NCBI GenBank assembly: GCA_963921275.4
Contig: OZ001293.3
Span: forward strand, 192,001-256,000
DNA from: an uncultured Hormoscilla sp.
Lineage (GTDB): Bacteria > Cyanobacteriota > Cyanobacteriia > Cyanobacteriales > Desertifilaceae
Direction of reading: 5' to 3'
DNA length: 64,000 nucleotides
The notes below the pieces were generated by a model, which was given only the letters and a program-made list of their open reading frames with translations, was not told where the DNA came from and did no database searches. The translations under genes and the position numbers were made by a program. The first letter of the stretch is position 1; every line of letters begins with the position of its first letter. Positions 10,211 to 18,789 of the stretch are shown in pieces.

Positions 10211-10964
10211 CTACTTTGATTTGACATGAGTTTCTAAATGACCGGCCAGTTGAATAAAGAAACGTTTGGCACTAAGCATATCGCATGGTTGTGTTACAGA
10301 AGGTGGGTTTGCTAATTTTGAAAGTAACAAACAACCAGCATCATAATGTCTTTCTCGGATTAGTTTTGTTAGTAAGATTTCGTAACGTTTAGCGTAGGAG
10401 ACTCCAATCTTGTTTTTGGGAGTGTATGTGCGATCGTGAAATTCGGCAAATGTTTCAAAATGAGGTTCCTTCAGTTTAATAGCACTTGTTGATTTTCGAT
10501 GTTCTTCCAATACAAAGAGATATCCTAACCTTGGTTTGATTCGATCGCCAAAAGCTCCCTCTCGGTAAGCGATCCATAAGTCATTAGCACTACCAATTGC
10601 TTCTTCTGCTCGATTATTAAAATTTTTCCCAAATGACCCTACTTGAGACTTAAATTCCATAGCTGCAACCAGAACTTGCTCATCTATTATGAGAATATCC
10701 CATTTTTTTTCAGGACGAAAGTACCCAGGTAATTCCAGTGCTTTTGAATGAAAGATACAGTCTTCTGATATCCCCTTTTCTAGCGCAATTCTTACCGTAA
10801 TTTCCTCAAAACCAGCCATTTGTTTTACCACCAGTGACAGCTGCTCGACCAAGGGATTGCGCATCTCTTTTACCGGTTGTCTTTTGCTCTTGGTTTCTGC
10901 GCGTATCCCAAAAATATTTTACGGCGTCTTCAATAAGTTTGTCGAGATTGTCTAGTACAGTCAT
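10211..10964 (-). pseudogene. PaeR7I-like type II restriction endonuclease, frameshifted
   Basis: LPGYFRPEKKWD..EFKSQVGSFGKNFNNRAEEAIG; the frame from ATG 10964 reads RAAVTGGK then shifts (extra A near 10825) before QMAGF. Confidence 0.75.
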
Positions 10965-12262
10965 TTTGTTAATAAAACCATATCTTCAAAGTAAATCTTT
11001 CCTTTCTTGTATTGGTTAGATTTGCTATTCACATGTGCCATGTGACCGCGAATAATTTCTCGATTGACAATTTCACTCTTGACTCCTAAATTATTCCCCA
11101 TCTCTACGTAAATATCACCAAGCTTGATTTCATGCTCCTTAAAATAGGAAGATTGAACTACGATAATGGCTCGATCATTATGCTTCAAGACTCTGATAAT
11201 TTCTCTTAGAGATAATTCAATATCCCGAAAATACTGGAGCATATTAGGTAGGTAGTAGGATGTCGCGGCTTTACTCCCATGTTTCTGTACGTTTTCTAGT
11301 AGCTGTAAACAAGTTTTACCCCAGGTAGAATTAATTTTGATAGATTTGTCTACGATCACAGGAGCACCAATAGTGTTTTCCCTGATTGTTCTCAAAGTTT
11401 TCGGGTCGAACATAATCAGAAGTTCCGGTCTCGTTGACATGGCGTAATCAATTCGCGTTAAATATGGAGGAGATGTTATCACTGCATCGATCGCATTGTC
11501 TAGAAGGCAAATATTTCGAGAATCTGCTAAAAGTGGTAAATGCAAGATTTTATCATTTATTGCGATCGAGGATAAATCTAAATCCCGAATCATCGAACCG
11601 ACAACTCTCTTGTATTCCGAGATAATATCTGTTTCGCCTACCTCGGGTTTTTCTGATTGAGTTTTCACCCAAGTTGGGTTAGAGCCACATTTGTATCCAG
11701 CCAAATTCCGGGCTGTTATAAATAATGCTGCTTGGAAAAACGCCTGAAAAGGGTTGAGTTGAATTTTATCCTTGACAATCATTTTTAAGATTGCTCGATC
11801 GAAGTGGGGTTCGGGATACTCTTGTGAATGAACGATTGCATATAAATTCCGAATACCGCAGCAGAGGCTTGCAGATATAAAATCCCCAAGGGGGTCTGGG
11901 GTTGGGATTGAACCATGAAGGCTTTTACAGGTAATCTTTAGGGATAGTTCTGCTAGCAAATGTTTTTGGCCGAGCAAATAACCGCTCTTAGCATAGGAAA
12001 ATACATTCATTACAGGATTTATTTCGCATCCCAGGGTTGCTATTCCCCACCGGGAAGCAACCAGTGCTGTCGTCCCGCTGCCATTCCAAGGATCCAGCAG
12101 TAGAGGAGAGGAAGTAGAGTCAAGCTTTAGGTAGGCGATTGCCGAGGAAACGAAGGCTTCACTATAGCCAGCATAATAGGGATGCTAAGCATGTACCCCA
12201 AGTCGTTCTTTGCGGCTGCGTTTAGCACTAGCCAAGGTGGGAAAAAGAGAAGTTTGCAGCAT
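10961..12262 (-). pseudogene. Amino-DNA methyltransferase (SPPY, probable N4-cytosine) with premature stop
   Basis: Motif I LLDPWNGSGTT upstream of the tracked ORF, motif IV TSPPY; in-frame TAG at 12185-12187 in HA*HPYYAGYS. Confidence 0.75.
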
Positions 12263-12325
12263 TGTCAGCTAGTTGATCGTTCTGGGTTGATGGTATGTGT
12301 GGCGACAATATACCATCAACAATAC

Positions 12326-13381
12326 TTATTTTGACTCTATCATCTGGCGGACCAAGGTGGCAAGACGATCGGCACTGTCGGGAACTGCTAGGGTTAAAGC
12401 ATTTTCCTGCATTTGAGCGAGACGATCGGGCGATCGCAGCAAGTTCAATACGGTCACCTTGAGGAGTTCGGGAGTGAGTTCTGCTTGGGGGAAAACATTG
12501 GCCGCACCCGCTGCGGCAAAGATGGCGGCATTGTAGGTTTGATGGTTGTCGGCAGCGTAGGGATAAGGGATTAAAATTGCAGGCGTCCCGGCGATCGCCA
12601 ATTCGGTCAGGGTACCGGCACCAGCGCGGGAGATGACAAGAGTCGCCGGTTGCAATAATGCTGCGACGTTGTCAGAAAATGGCATCGGAAAATATTGCCC
12701 ATGCTGCAAACTGCCCGCATCGGGGTCGTTGTCCCCAGTTAAATGGGCGATCGCCACACCTGCATCCCACCAAGCAGGGGCACATGCACGCACGAGTTTG
12801 TTAACAGGAACGGCTCCCTGAGAGCCACCGAGGACTACAATTAGGGGCATGTTTTCTTCGATGGGCAGATCTAGGGGTTGAGGGTGGTAAAATTGCGATC
12901 GCACGGGAGTACCGACATAAACAGTCCGAGCGCGACGGAGGTAAGCAGAAGCTGACTTAAACCCCAAGGCAACAGTATGACACCAGGGAGCAAATAAGCG
13001 AGTCACCCTACCGGGAAAGGCATTAGATTCGTGGAGCATAACTGGCAACCCCAAAGAACGAGCTGCTATAATCGCTGGGGCGGAAATATAACCGCCAGTG
13101 GTGAACACCCCTTTAATCTGCTGGTCCTGAAGCAGTTGTCTGCAGGTACGAATGGAACTGACCAGATGCCCCATGATTTTGAAAGTACCCAGACCAAAGC
13201 GCTGTTGAAATCCTTCGACGGCAATGCGGTGCAGGGGGTACTCTTGGGGGACGAGTTTGGTTTCCAGGCGGTTGGGGACTCCTAGCCATTGTATTTTATA
13301 GTCCTGCAGTTGCTCTGCTACTGCTAGGGCTGGAAATAGATGTCCGCCGGTGCCACTGGCGGCTATGAGTAGATTTGACAT
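12326..13381 (-). CDS. murG: MurG glycosyltransferase
   Basis: ASGTGGHLFP, HESN, GGSQGA, SRAGA, HQTYNA motifs. Confidence 0.97.
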   Translation of the reverse strand: MSNLLIAASGTGGHLFPALAVAEQLQDYKIQWLGVPNRLETKLVPQEYPLHRIAVEGFQQRFGLGTFKIMGHLVSSIRTCRQLLQDQQIKGVFTTGGYISAPAIIAARSLGLPVMLHESNAFPGRVTRLFAPWCHTVALGFKSASAYLRRARTVYVGTPVRSQFYHPQPLDLPIEENMPLIVVLGGSQGAVPVNKLVRACAPAWWDAGVAIAHLTGDNDPDAGSLQHGQYFPMPFSDNVAALLQPATLVISRAGAGTLTELAIAGTPAILIPYPYAADNHQTYNAAIFAAAGAANVFPQAELTPELLKVTVLNLLRSPDRLAQMQENALTLAVPDSADRLATLVRQMIESK

Positions 13382-13453
13382 GGAAATAGGTTCGGCTTAA
13401 GGGTTTACGTTAAGTTAGTAGAATCAGTAATCGGCTGTGAGTCAACATTAACT

Positions 13454-14284
13454 ATGCACATTTTGAGTTTATTGTCAAAGAAGTCTTCTGGTCAGGCCAG
13501 ATCGAGGCGAACAGTACGTGCGATCGCGCCCCTGTTAGTGAGTTTATCGGTTTGGCGTGCGGGGATGCTACCAGGGAGTATTGCCAGGGCCGAAACCGCC
13601 CAAACCGCCCCACCAGAGGTAATCGCGCTGCTGGCAGATCTTGATGCAGCGGCAAATAATCGTAGACTTAAGAAGCTGATGCGGTTCTATGACAATAATT
13701 TTACCAATTCTGATGGTTTGAATCGCTCCTCGATGCAACGGGTGTTAAAGCAATTGTGGTCGAGTAGCCCGCAGTTAGAATATAGCACGGAAATTATATC
13801 TTGGGAAGAGAATGATGAAGAGTTGATTCTGGAAACTGTGACGCAAATCACTGGTGTTCGGGAAATGGCTGGCAGACAGATGAATCTTATCTCTACCATC
13901 CGATCGCGCCAGCGCTTTGCCGATCGGAAGCTAGTGCAGCAGGATATTTTAGCCGAACGTACTCTGTTGACTTCTGGTGCTAACCCTCCTACTGTGGAGA
14001 TGAGATTACTGGAGCAGGTAAAAGTCAATCAGCGGTATAATCTGGATGTGATTGTCCAAGAACCCCTGGGGGATGATTTGCTGATGGGTTCTCTGATCGA
14101 GGAACCTATCAGGGCCGACAATCATTTTAAGCCAGCAACTGCGGATTTGGAGTTAATTTCTGCGGGTGGGATATTTAAGCAAGGTGTAGCACCCGGTTTG
14201 TCTGATAACCGCTGGGTTTCCGCTGTCTTTGTACGGGGGGGCGGCATTACTATGATCACTCAGCGCTTGCGCATTGTCCCGTAA
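13454..14284 (+). CDS. Conserved cyanobacterial NTF2-like secreted protein
   Basis: Signal-like N-terminus; LDAAAN...FTNSDGL NTF2-like segment; divergent from murG. Confidence 0.7.
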   Translation: MHILSLLSKKSSGQARSRRTVRAIAPLLVSLSVWRAGMLPGSIARAETAQTAPPEVIALLADLDAAANNRRLKKLMRFYDNNFTNSDGLNRSSMQRVLKQLWSSSPQLEYSTEIISWEENDEELILETVTQITGVREMAGRQMNLISTIRSRQRFADRKLVQQDILAERTLLTSGANPPTVEMRLLEQVKVNQRYNLDVIVQEPLGDDLLMGSLIEEPIRADNHFKPATADLELISAGGIFKQGVAPGLSDNRWVSAVFVRGGGITMITQRLRIVP

Positions 14285-14315
14285 TCGCCCTCGCCCGCCC
14301 ATTTTTTCGGTATTA

Positions 14316-14744
14316 TTACGCCTCAGATGCGCCCAAAAGCCGCACGGGAAAGCCTCGTCCCACTGCATTACGATAGAGGGGACCATCGAGAGTCCAGAGT
14401 TCAGCGTTCAAGGTTTCTGCTAATGCCAAGTAAGCAGCATCGTAGGCACTGCGGCGGCCCAAGGATAAGGCTATTTCCACGACTCTCGTTCCTCCTGAGA
14501 AAAGATGATAGATAATGGAAAGCTTGTTGATATAATTCCATGCTTCTGGCAATTTTTCCTGTGGGAATATTCCTGCCGCAATTAACCGTGTTAGGGAATT
14601 AGCAATTTCATAATATGCTAAGACCGGAACATGAATTTCTATCCCTTGCTCTTCCCATTCGTCGAACTGCCTCTGAACTATCGGACGGCGAGGATCTCCA
14701 TTGGCTAAAACTACTATCAGATTTGAATCGACTACAACTGCCAT
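14316..14744 (-). CDS. vapC: VapC-family PIN toxin
   Basis: VVVDSN, YEIANSL, SAYDAAYLALAE, LWTLD acidic PIN motifs. Confidence 0.9.
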   Translation of the reverse strand: MAVVVDSNLIVVLANGDPRRPIVQRQFDEWEEQGIEIHVPVLAYYEIANSLTRLIAAGIFPQEKLPEAWNYINKLSIIYHLFSGGTRVVEIALSLGRRSAYDAAYLALAETLNAELWTLDGPLYRNAVGRGFPVRLLGASEA

Positions 14745-14747
14745 CAG

Positions 14748-15017
14748 CTAAAATATCCCCCGCTGTTCTAACTGTTCCCGACTTTCTCGTACTAATTTCA
14801 CCGTATCTACTGGAGGCAGGTCTTTAGTTAGTTGACGCAGTGATTCTAGAGCCTCTTTCGGGGTCATGTGCTTCCCTTCTGGACGCGGCAGATAGAGGTT
14901 AATCATTTTCGCTGCCATCCCTTCTGGTGTCGTCTTGAATTTTTCCGCTTCCCATTCCAGATACTTCCAGTCTTCTGCTGGTATTTCTATGGTAATCTTT
15001 TTTACTTCTTTGCTCAT
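14748..15017 (-). CDS. Putative antitoxin, copy 1 (toxin-proximal)
   Basis: 89 aa, 3 bp upstream of vapC; RHH-like N-terminus (ITIEIPAEDWKYLEWEA), VapB-like C-terminus (DTVKLVRESRE). Confidence 0.75.
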   Translation of the reverse strand: MSKEVKKITIEIPAEDWKYLEWEAEKFKTTPEGMAAKMINLYLPRPEGKHMTPKEALESLRQLTKDLPPVDTVKLVRESREQLEQRGIF

Positions 15018-15046
15018 TTTTCTTTCCTCAATATACTCCTCTCGTC

Positions 15047-15075
15047 ATTCTAACCACATTGCACCTTGTTGTCAA
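15047..15075 (-). promoter_or_regulatory. Sigma70-type promoter of copy 1
   Basis: TTGACA-17 bp-TAGAAT. Confidence 0.7.
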
Positions 15076-15085
15076 GGTCTTTCGG

Positions 15086-15370
15086 CTAAAATATCCCCCG
15101 CTGTTCTAACTGTTCCCGGCTCTCTCCTACTAATTTTACCGCATCGATCGTCGGCAGGTCTTTGCCAGGCATGTCTTTGCGTAGTTGACGCAGTGACTCT
15201 AAAGCCTCCTTAAAAGTCCCGGGCTTCTCTTCTGGACGCGGCAGGTAGAGGTTAATCATTTTCGCTGCGATCGCTTCTGGTGTCGTCTTGAATTTTTTCG
15301 CTTCCCATTCTAGATACTTCCAATCTTCTGCTGGTATTTCGATGGTAATCGTTTTTACTTCTTTGCTCAT
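15086..15370 (-). CDS. Putative antitoxin, copy 2
   Basis: Paralog of copy 1 with variant segment EEKPGTFKEAL...KDMPGKDLPTIDA. Confidence 0.75.
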   Translation of the reverse strand: MSKEVKTITIEIPAEDWKYLEWEAKKFKTTPEAIAAKMINLYLPRPEEKPGTFKEALESLRQLRKDMPGKDLPTIDAVKLVGESREQLEQRGIF

Positions 15371-15394
15371 CTTTCTTTCCTCAATCTACTCCTC

Positions 15395-15423
15395 ATTATA
15401 ACCGCATCTCACCTTGTTTTCAA
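15395..15423 (-). promoter_or_regulatory. Sigma70-type promoter of copy 2
   Basis: TTGAAA-17 bp-TATAAT. Confidence 0.7.
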
Positions 15424-15433
15424 GGTCTTTCGG

Positions 15434-15700
15434 CTAAAATATCCCCCGCTGTTCTAACTCTTCCCGACTCTCTCGTACTAATTTTACCGTATCTACTGCT
15501 GGAATGTCCTTGCCTAGTTCATAGAGCCGCAATAGCGCTTCATCGGGATCCATTCGCACCTCAGTCCGAGGCAGGTATATCCTCATCATTTTCGCTGCGA
15601 TCGCTTCTGGTGTCGTCTTGAATTTTTCCGCTTCCCATTCCAGATACTTCCAGTCTTCTGCTGGTATTTCGATGGTAATTGTTTTTACTTCTTTGCTCAT
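15434..15700 (-). CDS. Putative antitoxin, copy 3
   Basis: Paralog with the most divergent segment MRIYLPRTEVRMDPDEALLRLYELGKDIPAV. Confidence 0.75.
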   Translation of the reverse strand: MSKEVKTITIEIPAEDWKYLEWEAEKFKTTPEAIAAKMMRIYLPRTEVRMDPDEALLRLYELGKDIPAVDTVKLVRESREELEQRGIF

Positions 15701-15729
15701 CTTCCTTTCTTCGATATACTCTTCTCATC

Positions 15730-15758
15730 ATTATAACCGCATCTCACCTTGTTTTCAA
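15730..15758 (-). promoter_or_regulatory. Sigma70-type promoter of copy 3
   Basis: TTGAAA-17 bp-TATAAT. Confidence 0.7.
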
Positions 15759-15768
15759 GGTCTTTCGG

Positions 15769-16038
15769 CTAAAATATCCCCTGCTGTTCTAACTGTTCCC
15801 GACTCTCTCGTACTAATTTCACCGTATCTACCGGAGGCAGGTCTTCAGTTAGTTGACGCAGTGACTCTAGAGCCTCCTTAAAAGTCATGTGCTTCCCTTC
15901 TGGACGCGGCAGGTAGAGGTTAATCATTTTCGCTGCCATTGTTTCTGGTGTCGTCTTGAATTTTTCTGCTTCCCATTCCAGATACTTCCAGTCTTCTGCT
16001 GGTATTTCGATGGTAATTGTTTTTACTTCTTTGCTCAT
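15769..16038 (-). CDS. Putative antitoxin, copy 4
   Basis: Paralog closest to copy 1. Confidence 0.75.
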   Translation of the reverse strand: MSKEVKTITIEIPAEDWKYLEWEAEKFKTTPETMAAKMINLYLPRPEGKHMTFKEALESLRQLTEDLPPVDTVKLVRESREQLEQQGIF

Positions 16039-16055
16039 CTTTCTCTCCCAATTAT

Positions 16056-16084
16056 ATGATAACTACATCTCACCTTGTTGTCAA
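16056..16084 (-). promoter_or_regulatory. Sigma70-type promoter of copy 4
   Basis: TTGACA-17 bp-TATCAT. Confidence 0.65.
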
Positions 16085-16109
16085 GGACTTGCTGAATGTA
16101 CAGGCGATC

Positions 16110-16260
16110 GGGTGCATCTCACTTTTGCCTCGCCACCACCGCCGGAACCCTGAAGGGTCCGGCTACAGGAACAAAGCCGCCTGCTTCGATGTCTCGGAAG
16201 AGCGCTATTCGCACTACTCCCGAGACATCGAGGGCTAGATTACAAAATAGAGATGCTCCC
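16110..16260. mobile_element. MITE with 9-bp target-site duplication
   Basis: Ends gggtgcatctc / gagatgctccc; caggcgatc duplicated at 16101-16109 and 16261-16269; contains a REP and a palindromic repeat. Confidence 0.75.
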
Positions 16261-16278
16261 CAGGCGATCGCCTCAATT

Positions 16279-16683
16279 TTATGTTCTGAGCCAGTTTTCT
16301 ACAGTCAGTCCCTGAACCCTCAACATATCTGAATCATCGGAAACCAGAATTAAGTTGTGTGCTATTGCTGTCGCCGCTATCAAGATATCTGCATCTTGGA
16401 TCGGTCTTCCTTTTCGTTTCAAGTCGGCATAAATTTCGGACGCTCTCGCGATTATTTCTAGATCGTCCAATAATAAAACTTGCGCTTCTTGGCAGAGAAC
16501 AAGAAAATCGGATATTTTCCTGGTAGCATTGACAGCCAGCAGCCCTCTTTTCACCTCATAGTAGGTGATGCAACTCATATACAATCCTTGTCTTTGGTTC
16601 CGCAGTTCCTGAATCTTTTGTTCGATCCTTTGATTATTCTTCAAAATCGCCGTGACGATATTCGTATCCAGCAGATAACTCAC
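16279..16683 (-). CDS. vapC: VapC-family PIN toxin (second)
   Basis: YLLDTNI, ITYYEVKRG, DADILIAATA, LVSDD motifs. Confidence 0.9.
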   Translation of the reverse strand: MSYLLDTNIVTAILKNNQRIEQKIQELRNQRQGLYMSCITYYEVKRGLLAVNATRKISDFLVLCQEAQVLLLDDLEIIARASEIYADLKRKGRPIQDADILIAATAIAHNLILVSDDSDMLRVQGLTVENWLRT

Positions 16684-16688
16684 TTTCT

Positions 16689-16985
16689 CTATCTCCCAGC
16701 AACTGCGGCATCAAAAATTTCCATCTCTTCCGGAGTCAAATCAGCTAACAACCCAGACATCGCCTTAAATACCATGATATCCTTCATGATGCTGGTCAGC
16801 TCATCATCGGGAATTTCCATCACTTGTTCGGGGGTCCATGTCTCTAACATCCCGTCTGATAACATTTTACTCATTTCCGCTGGGTCGAATTTCTGGAATA
16901 TGCTTTTGCTTTGAATCAAGTTCGAGACTATCTCTGAGATGCGGGTTCTTACTTCACCGGTCATGTCTACAGCAGTTTTGTTCAT
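16689..16985 (-). CDS. Putative antitoxin
   Basis: 98-aa acidic protein 5 bp upstream of vapC; ends GLLADLTPEEMEIFDAAV. Confidence 0.65.
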   Translation of the reverse strand: MNKTAVDMTGEVRTRISEIVSNLIQSKSIFQKFDPAEMSKMLSDGMLETWTPEQVMEIPDDELTSIMKDIMVFKAMSGLLADLTPEEMEIFDAAVAGR

Positions 16986-17102
16986 AAGTCCTCCTAGTTG
17001 ACGATCGCGAAACGGACTCTCGCATCGAGTGCTTCTTTGATTATAGCTTACTTTTGCTCTTGCATCCTAATGTCAGTTATTTTCCCACCAGGTTTCGTTC
17101 CT

Positions 17103-17202
17103 GATGCTGTTGGCGAATTGGGAGAAAGCCAAATTTATCGTTGATGCTGTCTACCGTAGAAAAGGGGTTTCAGAGAATTAAACTGATTTCGCCAACAGCA
17201 TC
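17103..17202. mobile_element. 100-bp MITE-like insertion
   Basis: Perfect 15-bp inverted ends gatgctgttggcgaa / ttcgccaacagcatc. Confidence 0.55.
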
Positions 17203-17275
17203 CATGCCTCAACCCAACCTACGGGCGATGAAATTTTTATTATGGGCATTTAATCGGACATGATATAACCTCACA

Positions 17276-17611
17276 TTAGACAGAGCCATATTCAGTGTAC
17301 TGTCGCTTGTAGGGAGGCTGCAACCCGAGGACGATATCCTCTTTAGGGACTCCCATTGCAACTAATTCTTCTGCTGGATTTCGATCGGTTAAATTCTGTT
17401 GAAGCCAGATTTTACCATCTTTAATATCAAAGTGTATCACACATCGATAGACGCGATTAAGATGCTGCCACCCCACATTCATCCATTGATAATGATCTCG
17501 AACTGTGTCCAAGATCAGTTGAACCTCCACTTGGTCATCCGAGATATCGTTACTAGCGTAACGAGTCAACAGATTCTGAATATACTCCCGATATTTTGTT
17601 ATCTTCTCCAT
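17276..17611 (-). CDS. xisI: XisI protein
   Basis: DTVRDHYQWMNVGW, HFDIKDGKIWLQQN, GVPKEDIVLG. Confidence 0.92.
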   Translation of the reverse strand: MEKITKYREYIQNLLTRYASNDISDDQVEVQLILDTVRDHYQWMNVGWQHLNRVYRCVIHFDIKDGKIWLQQNLTDRNPAEELVAMGVPKEDIVLGLQPPYKRQYTEYGSV

Positions 17612-18012
17612 TGCACAATCACCTCATTAACTGGATCGTATACAATTAGCCAAATCTGATATAATTGTATTGCCGCTTGGGTAAACTCCAATTGAAAAAA
17701 TGTTTCATATGCATCCAATGGAACCGCCAAGTAGAGCGCCCTTTCAGGTTCAGTGTCTGACAATCCCAGGCGGTAACTAAGGAACTGACCCAAAGCGGGG
17801 TAGAAGTCTGTAATTGCAGAGGGATTGAGAAAGCTCTTGATCTCAACTGCTATTTTTTCACCCTCTCTCTCTGCTGCTACTATTCTTTCTAAGGCCAGAT
17901 CGACCTGAAAATTGACGTTACCATATTGAAACCTCAGTGGATCGTCTGTGATTGTCCACCGTTCTTTTTGAAGAGCTTGTTTTACTGCTTCGTGGAACTT
18001 ATCCTTAAACAT
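17599..18012 (-). CDS. xisH: XisH protein
   Basis: KDKFHEAVKQALQKERWTITDDPL, IAVEIKSF, ALGQFLSYR; overlaps xisI. Confidence 0.9.
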   Translation of the reverse strand: MFKDKFHEAVKQALQKERWTITDDPLRFQYGNVNFQVDLALERIVAAEREGEKIAVEIKSFLNPSAITDFYPALGQFLSYRLGLSDTEPERALYLAVPLDAYETFFQLEFTQAAIQLYQIWLIVYDPVNEVIVQWRR

Positions 18013-18204
18013 ATTGATGAGATCGAGCCTTTTGATTATTTTACCCGATATCTTGCACTATCAATAGTTTGTAATACTTCGTAGGTTTTGCATGGCGGCA
18101 GGTACATTTGTCATTGCGAGGGTCGTGTCCAGAGATACCACCCATGTCACGCGCGAAAGCGTGACAGGGTGGTACTCTCGGACACGAGGGGGTACTCCGC
18201 AGCT

Positions 18205-18284
18205 TGCGAGCAATAGGGTTACACCGTGCGAGCAATAGGGTTACACCGGTGCGAGCAGTAAGGTTACACCGGTGCGAGCAATAA
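18205..18284. repeat. Tandem 22-23 bp repeat (tgcgagcaatagggttacaccg), ~3.5 copies
   Basis: Directly visible. Confidence 0.85.
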
Positions 18285-18424
18285 CCTCATAGCGGGTGTG
18301 GTCTTGCACTAGTTGGTATGGCATCAAGGGTACTGTGACCGAGATTGCGCTCTCAAGAGAACTGCCCATCTTGAATCTACAGAAGTTTTTCTTGTCATTA
18401 GCTATTTCAACAGCACAACGCAGC

Positions 18425-18453
18425 TTGACAATAAGCCATTGTTGGCTTACAAT
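18425..18453 (+). promoter_or_regulatory. Sigma70-type promoter at the head of the 21-bp array
   Basis: TTGACA-17 bp-TACAAT. Confidence 0.6.
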
Positions 18454-18685
18454 AAACTATTGCTGGCTTACAATAAACTATTGCTGGCTTACAGCGAATC
18501 ATTCACTGGCTTACAATAAGCTATTGCTGGCTTACAATAAGCTATTGTTGACTTATAATAAGCTATTGCTGGCTTACAATAAGCTATTGTTGGCTTACAA
18601 TAAGCTATTGTTGGCTTACAATAAGCTATTGTTGGCTTACTGTTGGCTTACAATAAGCTATTGTAAACCTATTGTAAACCTATTG
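18431..18685. repeat. 21-bp tandem array (ataagctattgYtggcttaca), ~10-11 copies
   Basis: Directly visible; no unique spacers. Confidence 0.95.
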
Positions 18686-18789
18686 GGTGTTACAATTTTC
18701 TGACACTCGGCGCCAGCAGCCGCTCCCAAAATCGCCGTGCCGGGCACGGCGACACCGTAATTCAAATAGAGATAAACAAAGAGGAAAAA

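Noticed and set aside
6625..12187. Amber read-through or recoding suggested by three in-frame TAGs
   Set aside because: TAA stops and frameshifts disrupt other genes equally, and TAG ends normal genes here.
17276..18012. fdxN excision element
   Set aside because: No XisF recombinase or interrupted fdxN; stand-alone xisHI pairs are common.
18431..18685. CRISPR array (also considered for 31981-32145 and 50226-50693)
   Set aside because: Units are contiguous or have repeated linkers, with no unique spacers, and no cas genes are in the window.
18296..18703. ORFs reading through the 21-bp arrays (also 31809-32240 and antisense ORFs)
   Set aside because: Open frames are an expected by-product of 21-bp periodicity and lack a clear RBS; kept only as a hypothesis in the findings.
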